Assembly (NCBI GenBank): GCA_043814605.1
Contig: JBDRJV010000018.1
Span: 21,545-85,544, forward strand
Length of the DNA: 64,000 nucleotides
From: Candidatus Omnitrophota bacterium
Lineage (GTDB): Bacteria > Omnitrophota > Gorgyraeia > B26-G9
Reading direction: 5' to 3'
This document shows positions 17,924 through 25,861 of this stretch, piece after piece. The notes under the pieces were generated by a model. That model saw only the letters and a list, made by a program, of their open reading frames with translations. It searched no databases and had not been told where the DNA came from. The stretch's first letter is position 1; every line of letters begins with the position of its first letter. The position numbers and the translations under genes are program-made.

Positions 17924-19540
17924 TTGAGGAGTTTTAATTTTGTGCAAACTGAAAAATTGGTCCTCGAAAATAAGATTAATATTTATAACGAACAACTTGA
18001 GAAAAATAAAAAATTAGAAATTAAAATGATCGGCAACTCTATGCTGCCGTTTTTAAAAAACGGTCAAGTTGTTCTGATTAAGCCCGCTCAAATAACCGAT
18101 GTGAAAACCGGAGATATTGTGCTTACCTGTTTTGAAAACCGTTTGCTTTGCCACCGGGTTTTTAAAAAAAATAAATATAGTTTTAGGACAAAGGCAGATG
18201 CTTTTCTAAAACTAGACCCGATAATGACGAAAGCTAATTTAATGGGCAAAGTTGTGGCCTATAAATTTGGTGAGAATTATATTCGGGTGGATAAAAATTT
18301 TTCCCGCTTGCTAGGAATAATAATTTCGCGGTTTTCACTGTTTATGGCTTATTTTTATCCAGTTTTACGTTTTATTAAACGCATGATTGCGGCCAATAGA
18401 AAAAATAATGGAAAATCTCTGGATGATTTAATTTTTTGTTTGCTTACCCCCCACAGTTTAAATGAACCAAGAAAAATATCTCAAGTTTTAGAAAATATAG
18501 AAAGTAATAAAAATTTTGCGTTGGATTTTCTGACTAAAATTCATCAAAATGGAATCAGCGGAGTTATTTTCTATAATCTAAAAAATAAAAAGTTACTTCC
18601 CGTATTGCCGGAAACTATAGTGTCTGAGCTTAAAACAGATTATTTAAATAATTCCGGCCGGGCATTATTTATTGAAAAAAGTTTAACACAACTGATCAAT
18701 CAACTAAATCAGGAAAATATTGATGTGCTTTTAATCCGTGGAATTGATTTTATGGTTAATTTATATCCCGAACCAGGTATGCGGGCAATGAGTGATATTG
18801 ATATTGTGATTAAAAGTGAGGATTTATTGCAAGTAGCAGATGTTTTTAAAAGGCTGGGATATGCTAATCCTCAGGGTTATCTGTATTTATTTTCGCGTGA
18901 TAATCTGCATTATGATATACATCTTGATTGGGCGGGGTTTTGGCGCATTGCTTCTAGAAATGTCAATATTGGCATAAAGAATAAATCAGTCTGGCAAAGA
19001 GCTAAATGTTTTAGCCGGGAATTAACACATATCAGGACATTAGATGATTGTGATTCTATTTTAGCCTGCTGTGCTCATCTGCAGGAACATTCCTATAAAA
19101 GAATAATTTGGTTTTATGATCTGGCGTTATTGCTTAATAAAGAAAATTTTAACTGGAATCAGTTAATGGAACGATCAGAAGAATTTAATCTGAAAAAAAC
19201 ATTATTTTTTGTGCTGAAATATTTACAAAAATTTAATTTTATTCTGGTTCCTGATCCTATTACTGAAGAACTGGATAAACTTAAATTGAATTTTTTTGAA
19301 CAAAAATCATTAAAAATGCTGCAGGCGAACAAAAAGGAATTACTGAGCGGAGAACTTTTACAGTTATTTTCGCTACCTAGTTTTAGCCAAAGGCTTAAAA
19401 GTATTTATGAGACGATTTTTATTCGGGAAAAAGACTTTTCCCAAGCTGGCAAAAAAATTACATTTTTGGATTATATTCTGTGGTTTTTCCGGATACTAGA
19501 GTATAGTATTAAGAAAATAAGCATTATTTTTAGAAAGTAA
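17924..19540 (+). CDS. Two-domain protein: N-terminal S24/S26 (LexA/signal-peptidase-like) peptidase domain plus nucleotidyltransferase-fold domain
   Basis: GNSMLPFLKNGQVVLIKP resembles the SPase I/S24 Ser motif (GDSMxPtl). Residues ~290-320 (RAMSDIDIVIKSEDLLQVADVFKRLGY) give the GS...DxD nucleotidyltransferase signature. The likely true start is the GTG at 17942, preceded by the RBS GAGGAG. Confidence 0.5.
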   Translation: MRSFNFVQTEKLVLENKINIYNEQLEKNKKLEIKMIGNSMLPFLKNGQVVLIKPAQITDVKTGDIVLTCFENRLLCHRVFKKNKYSFRTKADAFLKLDPIMTKANLMGKVVAYKFGENYIRVDKNFSRLLGIIISRFSLFMAYFYPVLRFIKRMIAANRKNNGKSLDDLIFCLLTPHSLNEPRKISQVLENIESNKNFALDFLTKIHQNGISGVIFYNLKNKKLLPVLPETIVSELKTDYLNNSGRALFIEKSLTQLINQLNQENIDVLLIRGIDFMVNLYPEPGMRAMSDIDIVIKSEDLLQVADVFKRLGYANPQGYLYLFSRDNLHYDIHLDWAGFWRIASRNVNIGIKNKSVWQRAKCFSRELTHIRTLDDCDSILACCAHLQEHSYKRIIWFYDLALLLNKENFNWNQLMERSEEFNLKKTLFFVLKYLQKFNFILVPDPITEELDKLKLNFFEQKSLKMLQANKKELLSGELLQLFSLPSFSQRLKSIYETIFIREKDFSQAGKKITFLDYILWFFRILEYSIKKISIIFRK

Positions 19541-19547
19541 AAACCCT

Positions 19548-20396
19548 ATGGGAAAAATATCAATTCAAATTGCCGGAATAAAAATATTAATAATATCAGA
19601 AAACCAAGATCTGATCGAAGGGGTAAAAACCAGCTATTCAATGTTTCAAGTGTGTAATGATCAGCAATATTATTTAAAAATAAATATTACTCTTGATCCG
19701 GTATTAAATCAAGAGAATCAAATGCAAGAAATTTGCCTAGAGAAAGACAACCTTATTTTTAGGCTTAAAGCTGCGGATTTTAGAAGCACAGTTAATTTTA
19801 AAACCAAAACTATTGATGCCCGGATTAGTTCTCAAGCCGGGGCGGTAAGTCTTTTTTTAAGAGTGGTATTCTCGTTAATTCTGTTAGAAAATAATGGATT
19901 CTTAATTCATGCGGCTGGCTTTTGCGATGCGCAAGGAAAAAGCTGGGTTTTTGCCGGTCCATCAGAAAGCGGCAAAACCACTTTGGCCAAATGGGCGGCG
20001 GCAAATAATTATAAGGTATTGAGTGATGAATTAGTGGCTATCCGGAAAATTGACGATCAATATGTTCTGTTTTCCACGCCTTTTAACGGCGAATACAGTG
20101 GACAAATTACTAATTTTCAAGTGGATTTAAAGAATTTATTTTTTCTGGGGCAAAAAATTAAAAGCCAATGTAAAAGGCTCAAAAAATTAGATTGTTTTTT
20201 AAATTTACTAAAAAATGTTTTTTTCTTCAATCGGCAGATTCAAGAAAATCAATTGATGATTAATTTAATGCAGGAATTATCAGAAAGAGTTTGCGCTTAT
20301 CAGATAAATTTGTTTAATCAAGATATCGAAAGGATTATTCATGCCACAAGATCAGATTCTAATACGCAACAAAGAAGCAGCCTGGCAAGAGGTTGA
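19548..20396 (+). CDS. HprK-related kinase (HPr kinase C-terminal-domain-like, P-loop)
   Basis: HAAGFCDAQGKSWVFAGPSESGKTTLA matches the HprK/P C-domain Walker A context. Confidence 0.55.
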   Translation: MGKISIQIAGIKILIISENQDLIEGVKTSYSMFQVCNDQQYYLKINITLDPVLNQENQMQEICLEKDNLIFRLKAADFRSTVNFKTKTIDARISSQAGAVSLFLRVVFSLILLENNGFLIHAAGFCDAQGKSWVFAGPSESGKTTLAKWAAANNYKVLSDELVAIRKIDDQYVLFSTPFNGEYSGQITNFQVDLKNLFFLGQKIKSQCKRLKKLDCFLNLLKNVFFFNRQIQENQLMINLMQELSERVCAYQINLFNQDIERIIHATRSDSNTQQRSSLARG

Positions 20397-20652
20397 GGAT
20401 AATATTGTTGTGATTACCCAGCAGACAAAAAAGATCCATGTTTTGTCAGGCTGCGGCTTAATGCTTTGGCAGAGGTTGGAACAATCTCAGACAAAACAAG
20501 ATTTATTACAGGCAATTTTGGATGAATATGAGGTAGAGCCTGCCCAAGCCCAAGCAGATTTAGATAAATTTTTAGAGGAAGTAATAGCTAAAGATATTAT
20601 TAGACAACAGACAACAGATAAAAAACTAAAACAAAAACAAAAACGAAAATGA
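20341..20652 (+). CDS. PqqD-family protein (RiPP recognition element-like)
   Basis: 103 aa. The W...IHVLSGCGLMLWQRL...DLLQAILDEYEVEPAQAQADLDKFLEEV pattern is typical of PqqD / peptide-chaperone family proteins. Confidence 0.6.
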   Translation: MPQDQILIRNKEAAWQEVEDNIVVITQQTKKIHVLSGCGLMLWQRLEQSQTKQDLLQAILDEYEVEPAQAQADLDKFLEEVIAKDIIRQQTTDKKLKQKQKRK

Positions 20653-20717
20653 CAATAGACATAAAATTACAGGTATTGGGCTAAAAACAAGAAATATTTG
20701 TTTCTAAAATTTTCTGT

Positions 20718-20756
20718 AAGAAAATTTTAGTCTGTGGTCTATGGTCTATGGTCTGG
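20718..20756. repeat. AT-hairpin plus 'NGTCTRT' heptad-repeat element (related copies at 14358-14393 and 51647-51695)
   Basis: TAAAATTTTCT-gta-AGAAAATTTTA hairpin, then AGTCTGT GGTCTAT GGTCTAT GGTCTGG. Copy C has AAAATTTTCTT..AAGAAAATTTT, then AGTCTAT AGCCTAA GGTCTAT TGTCTTT GGTCTTA. Copy A has five heptads: GTCTGT AGTCTGT TGTCTAT TGTCTGT GGTCTGT. Confidence 0.55.
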
Positions 20757-21777
20757 AAAAGTGGATATTTGGACAAAGGTAAAACATACACTTAAGCAAA
20801 AACATATTCCGATTGAAGTAATTTTGGAATTAACTAAGCGCTGTAATTTAAAATGCTGTCATTGTTATAATATTAAAGACAGCTGCCAGTTGAGTTTTAA
20901 ACAAGTAAAAATAATTTTTAAACAATTACGTGATGCCGGCACTTTATTTTTAGTTTTAACCGGAGGCGAGGTATTTTTGCATCCGGATATTATGGAGATT
21001 TTAAATTTAGCGAAAAATATGAATTTTAATTTGAAAATTTTCACAAATGGCACCCTGATTACAGAAGAGATTGCGAGAAATTTAGCAAAGATAATGCCGA
21101 GTGAAATTGGAATCAGTATTCAAGGGGCAAGGGCGAAAACACATGATTTAATTACTGGCGTTAAGGGCTCATATGAGAAATCAATTCAGGCAATAAAGAT
21201 ATTAAAAGCTAAGAGTATTAGTGTAAATCTTAAAACAACGCTCATGCAGCAGAATTTTTCTGAGTTTAAAGAAATCATTAAATTAGCCGCGGATTTAGGA
21301 ATAGTTTATATTATGGATCCGGTTATTGCGCCGCGGGATGATGGATCCTGTGATGTTTTAGCTTATCGATTGACGGATGCACAATTAGAAGAATTTTATC
21401 AGTTTGAAGTTGAACTAAAAGGGTATATCTATGAGCCTGAAGAAAAAGAATATTTTTGTCAGGCGGGATTTACTTTTGGCAGTATATCTGCAAACGGGGA
21501 TGTGTACCCGTGTATACAATTACCGCATAAACTGGGAAATATTTTTGAGCAGGATTTTAGCGGGATTTGGCAGAATGCAGAATTTTTAAAAAAGATGCGC
21601 CGCAGTAATGCTTATGATAATCCGGAATGTCAAAGTTGTAAGATTGCCGATGTTTGCACGCGGTGCCCGGGGCTGGCATTTTTAGAAGACGGCGATGCTT
21701 TTGGGAAATCCGCTGTGGCTTGCATGCACGCGCAAGTCTACAAAAAACTGGGTGATAGGGTGAAGGGTGAAGGGTGA
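20734..21777 (+). CDS. Radical SAM enzyme with C-terminal SPASM domain (peptide-modifying or anSME-like maturase)
   Basis: CNLKCCHCY (CxxxCxxC) near the N-terminus. GGE motif (LTGGEVFLHPD). C-terminal Cys-rich SPASM region (CQAGFTFGSISANGDVYPC...CQSCKIADVCTRCPG). The start is uncertain; the ATG lies inside a repeat element, and GTG 20761 is an alternative. Confidence 0.75.
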   Translation: MVYGLWSGKVDIWTKVKHTLKQKHIPIEVILELTKRCNLKCCHCYNIKDSCQLSFKQVKIIFKQLRDAGTLFLVLTGGEVFLHPDIMEILNLAKNMNFNLKIFTNGTLITEEIARNLAKIMPSEIGISIQGARAKTHDLITGVKGSYEKSIQAIKILKAKSISVNLKTTLMQQNFSEFKEIIKLAADLGIVYIMDPVIAPRDDGSCDVLAYRLTDAQLEEFYQFEVELKGYIYEPEEKEYFCQAGFTFGSISANGDVYPCIQLPHKLGNIFEQDFSGIWQNAEFLKKMRRSNAYDNPECQSCKIADVCTRCPGLAFLEDGDAFGKSAVACMHAQVYKKLGDRVKGEG

Positions 21778-21836
21778 ATTTATTTTACTCTCTACTTTCT
21801 GCTCGCTACTGATTCAAAATAAGGTATAATATAATT

Positions 21837-23789
21837 ATGCAAAATAAACTAATTCATAAACTAACCATCCAAATCATAATTATTGTTGTGATTATTGCCG
21901 GGGTTTTTTCTTTTTTAATTAATATGCAAACCAAGGAATTAGAAAAAAGAATTTCAGAAAAATCTGAACTTTTTTCAAAAATTTTAGGCGCACATTTAGA
22001 CAATATTATTGGCAATAATCTTATTGCTTATAATTCATTACAAGAGAAAGTCGAAAGGTTAATAGAGGGCAATAAAGATATTGAAGAGCTGATTATCATT
22101 GGCCCGGAAAAAATAGTTATTGCATCAAGTTCTGGCAGGAAAATCGGGGCATCTCCGGATATGCAATATATGGGGATTATTAACGAAGTAGTTCAGACAA
22201 AAAAATCCAAGGCAATTGTTAAATCTGATTTAGGCAAAGAATTAGTAATCCATTTTTTGCCAATTTTTTCTTCTGCGGGTAATGCGGATAATCTTATCGG
22301 AATAATGCAAATGAAAGCAAATTTTCCTTCCCAGCAGGGTGAATTGGTAACAGCACTGCGAAAAAACAGGAATTATTTTTTTAAAGAAGAAGCACTCCGC
22401 TTTGCTCAGGATCTATCCCGGGATTTAGAATTAGTTATGGCTGAGGTTAACAGAAATTCCGGATATTTAGACCGCTTAATTCAAAATATACTGGAAGATG
22501 CGGAAATTAAGGATATTAAATTATATTTGAAAGATCTGCAATTTCTAATCTCCGGAACCGGGCGTGATTCATACATTTCGCAGGATGATATCCAAAGAAA
22601 TTATTTTCGTGCGATGCAAGAGAAAATAACGTTCAAAGCTCAATATAAAAAACAAGGCCATTTAACTCAGTTTATCAGCCCGTTATTTCTCACAGTAGAC
22701 GGAAAACGTAAGGTAAGCGGTGCGGTAGGAATATTAATCTCTTTAGAACGTGTATATGATGTAATTAACACAAGGAGAAATTCTATTGTTTTGATGAGTT
22801 TTTTGATAATTTGCGCCTTTGTTTTAATTATTGGATTATTTTTTAGAAATTCAATTATTGCACCTTTAAAAAATCTAAGCAATATGAGCGCAAAAATCGG
22901 TAAAGGGGATTTCTCACAAAAAATAAGTATTAAGGGGACTGATGAAATCAGTGATTTAGGAAAATCATTTAATCAGATGTCAGACGAATTATTGCGTTCT
23001 AAAAAAGAAATTGAAGAGTGGAACAAAAAACTGCAGGAAAAAGTAAAAATAATCTCGAATGAATTAGAAGCCAAGCAGGCCCAGCTTATTGAATCAGAAA
23101 AAATGGCTTCTTTAGGTGTTCTTTCCAGCGGAATTGCCCATGAAATTAATAACCCCCTGGGAATTATCATTGGTTCAGTGCAGATGATTCTTAAGGAATT
23201 AAAGGAAAAACAAACCCTGGCTAATCCCCAACAGACAGAGGAATTGCTTAAAACTGTGGAAAATTATACGCGGCGCTGTTCGCATATTGTGAATAGTTTA
23301 TTGCAATTTGCTAATAAAAAACAAATGCAATTAATTGAGTCTGATGTGAATAAATCTGTAGAAAATGCTTTATTGTTCACGGAAAATCATATCAAGAAAA
23401 ATAATATTAATTTGATTCAATCCTTAGAAAAAGACCTTCCCCAGGTTTTAGCGGATCCCATAAATTTAGAGCAGGTATTTATCAATATTATTCTTAATGC
23501 GCAGATGAGTATGCCGGAGGGAGGGCAGCTGAAAGTTTCCACTGCGCTTGCGGGCAATAGGGTGATGGTAAGTTTTGAAGATACGGGTATGGGGATTGCC
23601 GCAGGGAATATGCATAAAATTTTCGAGCCGTTTTTTTCAACCCGTGAACCGGGTAAAGGTGCGGGGCTTGGATTATCGATAAGTTATGGTATTATTAAAG
23701 CACACAATGGGGATATAAAGGTAGAAAGTGCAGTGGGTAAAGGGACAAAGGTTACGGTGGAAATACCGATTAAAGAAAGAAAAGAGTAG
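21837..23789 (+). CDS. Sensor histidine kinase (membrane-bound, HAMP + HisKA + HATPase_c)
   Basis: Two TM segments flank a ~290-aa periplasmic domain. H-box SGIAHEINNPL. N/G boxes (IILNAQMSM...DTGMGI...GKGAGLGLSISYGI). Confidence 0.85.
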   Translation: MQNKLIHKLTIQIIIIVVIIAGVFSFLINMQTKELEKRISEKSELFSKILGAHLDNIIGNNLIAYNSLQEKVERLIEGNKDIEELIIIGPEKIVIASSSGRKIGASPDMQYMGIINEVVQTKKSKAIVKSDLGKELVIHFLPIFSSAGNADNLIGIMQMKANFPSQQGELVTALRKNRNYFFKEEALRFAQDLSRDLELVMAEVNRNSGYLDRLIQNILEDAEIKDIKLYLKDLQFLISGTGRDSYISQDDIQRNYFRAMQEKITFKAQYKKQGHLTQFISPLFLTVDGKRKVSGAVGILISLERVYDVINTRRNSIVLMSFLIICAFVLIIGLFFRNSIIAPLKNLSNMSAKIGKGDFSQKISIKGTDEISDLGKSFNQMSDELLRSKKEIEEWNKKLQEKVKIISNELEAKQAQLIESEKMASLGVLSSGIAHEINNPLGIIIGSVQMILKELKEKQTLANPQQTEELLKTVENYTRRCSHIVNSLLQFANKKQMQLIESDVNKSVENALLFTENHIKKNNINLIQSLEKDLPQVLADPINLEQVFINIILNAQMSMPEGGQLKVSTALAGNRVMVSFEDTGMGIAAGNMHKIFEPFFSTREPGKGAGLGLSISYGIIKAHNGDIKVESAVGKGTKVTVEIPIKERKE

Positions 23790-23859
23790 AGAGTAACGAG
23801 TAGAGAGAGAAAAAACAAAAACAATTATTCTCTCTACTATCTACTTGCTACTCGCTACT
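23784..23859. repeat. Palindromic 'GAGTAGAGAG / CTCTCTACTC' element between the kinase and regulator genes; one member of a dispersed family
   Basis: Arms AGAGTAGAGAGTAACGAGTAGAGAGAG and CTCTCTACTATCTACTTGCTACTCGCTACT surround an A-rich loop. Related copies lie at 21788-21810, 25275-25304, 25604-25643, 44036-44056, 44112-44121 and 51552-51567. Confidence 0.6.
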
Positions 23860-23860
23860 T

Positions 23861-25273
23861 ATGAAATGGAAAATTTCTATGAAGCAAGATCGAATACTAG
23901 TTGTTGACGATGAGCCGGGCATGCGGCAATATTTAAAAAAATTACTTACGGATAACGGGTATCAAGTTGAGATTGCGGAAAATGGGATTCAAGCGCTGGA
24001 AATGATTAATGAAAAAGTTCTGGATCTGGCACTGATTGATTTTAAAATGCCGGGGATGGATGGAATACAGCTTTTAGCTAAAATTAAGGCAGAGCATGAA
24101 CATGTGATTGTAATCATGATGACGGCTTACGGAACAATGGAAAGGGCAATTCAAGCGATGAAGTTAGGGGCTTATGATTATTTAAGTAAACCGTTTGAAG
24201 TTGATGCGATTTTATTGATAATTGAAAAAGCGCTTAAAACCAAAAGGCTGGAAGATGAGAATATTATTTTACGCAAAGAGCTTAAAAAAACCTATACTTT
24301 TGCGGATATTATTTCGGAAAATTCCCAGATGCAGCATATTTTTGAGATTATCCAGAAAGTAGCCCCGGCTAAAAGCACTGTCTTAATTCAAGGAGAAACC
24401 GGTACAGGTAAAGAGCTGATTGCCCGGGCATTGCATGCGTTAAGCCCGCGGAATCAAAAACCGTTCATTCCTGTGGATTGCGGGGCATTAAGTGAGAGTT
24501 TACTGGAGAGTGAATTATTTGGCCACATAAAAGGTGCGTTTACCGGAGCAACACAGGATAAAAAGGGGCTGTTTGAAACTGCAGACGGCGGCACAGTATT
24601 TTTGGATGAGATTGGGCATATTTCATTAGCTATTCAAGCTAAGTTATTACGTGTTTTGCAGGATGGCCAGATCAAACGCGTGGGTGAAGCAGCTTCACGC
24701 AGTGTGGATATCCGTCTTGTAGCAGCGAGCAATGAAGATATTGAAATGGGGATTAAAGAAGGCAAATTCCGCGAAGATTTATTTTATCGTTTAAATGTTG
24801 TACCGATTTTTGTGCCGGCTTTGCGTGAGCGTAATGAAGATATCCCGCTTTTAGTTGAGCATTTCATTCATAAGTACAATAATATTGAAAAGAGAAATAT
24901 TCAAGGCATTAGCCATGATGCTTTGAAAATGCTGATGTCTTTTTCCTGGCCGGGGAATGTAAGAGAGTTAGAAAACTTAGTACATAGAGCTGTGGTTATG
25001 GCAGATAAAGATAATATTGAAGTAATGGATTTACCTTTAAACGTAAAAACTTTGTCTGTTGCGGAAAGAAGGATAGATGCAAATCGTACGCTTGATTTTC
25101 GCAAAGCAAAAAATAATGCTTTAGCTGCATTTGAAAAAAGATTTTTAATTGAAAGTTTAATGCGCCATAAAGGCAATATCAGCCGCGCGGCAAAAGAAAT
25201 GAACTTAGACCGCAGAAACCTGCACCGCAAATTAAAGCAGTATAATATCACACCTAGCAATTATTTATCTTAA
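23861..25273 (+). CDS. Sigma-54-dependent response regulator (NtrC family: REC + AAA+ sigma-54 activator + Fis-type HTH)
   Basis: REC domain with D at [14 protein letters not shown]. Walker [15 protein letters not shown] motif ([12 protein letters not shown]). C-terminal [27 protein letters not shown]. Confidence 0.9.
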   Translation: MKWKISMKQDRILVVDDEPGMRQYLKKLLTDNGYQVEIAENGIQALEMINEKVLDLALIDFKMPGMDGIQLLAKIKAEHEHVIVIMMTAYGTMERAIQAMKLGAYDYLSKPFEVDAILLIIEKALKTKRLEDENIILRKELKKTYTFADIISENSQMQHIFEIIQKVAPAKSTVLIQGETGTGKELIARALHALSPRNQKPFIPVDCGALSESLLESELFGHIKGAFTGATQDKKGLFETADGGTVFLDEIGHISLAIQAKLLRVLQDGQIKRVGEAASRSVDIRLVAASNEDIEMGIKEGKFREDLFYRLNVVPIFVPALRERNEDIPLLVEHFIHKYNNIEKRNIQGISHDALKMLMSFSWPGNVRELENLVHRAVVMADKDNIEVMDLPLNVKTLSVAERRIDANRTLDFRKAKNNALAAFEKRFLIESLMRHKGNISRAAKEMNLDRRNLHRKLKQYNITPSNYLS

Positions 25274-25324
25274 AAGTAGCGAGTAGCAAGAAGAGAGTAG
25301 AGAGAATGTGTTATCATGCAATAG

Positions 25325-25527
25325 TTGACACTTTTTTCATTTAATTTAAATTTTGTTTTTTACAGAAACTGTTTCGTATTTATTCATCCCGGAATTCTCG
25401 TTGGGTCCCAGCGAGACCCAACTTCGTTCGGCGATCCGTGTTCGCTCTTGAAGCTTTATTTATATTTTTTAGCCTCAAACCATGCCCGCTCATACTGCTC
25501 AACGTCCGGGTTTGAATAAATACTCAC
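25325..25527 (+). repeat. Copy B of the duplicated ~200-nt element, flanked by imperfect inverted 'AGTAGCGAGTAG...AGAGAGTAG' repeats (25275-25304 and 25604-25643)
   Basis: Direct sequence comparison with 16067-16262. Contains a 26-nt hairpin insertion (GTTGGGTCccagcgaGACCCAAC). The indel is not a multiple of 3, so it is non-coding. Confidence 0.6.
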
Positions 25528-25827
25528 CGATAATATCAACTATTAGCAATAAAATTTAAAACTGTTAATCTTTTTCAAGATAACATATATTGTTTTCTCG
25601 CTACTTGCTTGTGCTTTTAAGGATGCTACTCTCTACTCGCTACTAATTGATTTTTAACCAATTTGTGGTATACTTATTTATGTGTAAATATTGTCTCAAT
25701 GAGGCGTATTTTACACAATATTTTGGTTAATTTTAAAATTTTCTGAAACAGTCTTTTTATTTTACTCTGTAACATGTTTATTTTTAAATGATTAAGTTTT
25801 TGATAAATAAAATATTTTATTTTGTGT

Positions 25828-25843
25828 TGGCACGTTGATTGCT
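25828..25843 (+). promoter_or_regulatory. Sigma-54 (RpoN) -24/-12 promoter for the giant gene
   Basis: The sequence TGGCACGTTGATTGCT matches the consensus TGGCACG-N4-TTGCW exactly, with 10 nt between GG and GC. It lies 19 nt upstream of the ATG at 25862, downstream of an NtrC-type activator gene. Confidence 0.7.
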
Positions 25844-25861
25844 TAATATTAAGAGGTTATT

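Noticed and set aside
25325-25519. 64-aa + strand ORF (MTLFSFNLNFVFYRN...) overlapping duplicated element copy B
   Set aside because: The homologous copy at 16067-16262 differs by indels that are not multiples of three and has early stops. The conservation is at the nucleotide level, so the element is non-coding.
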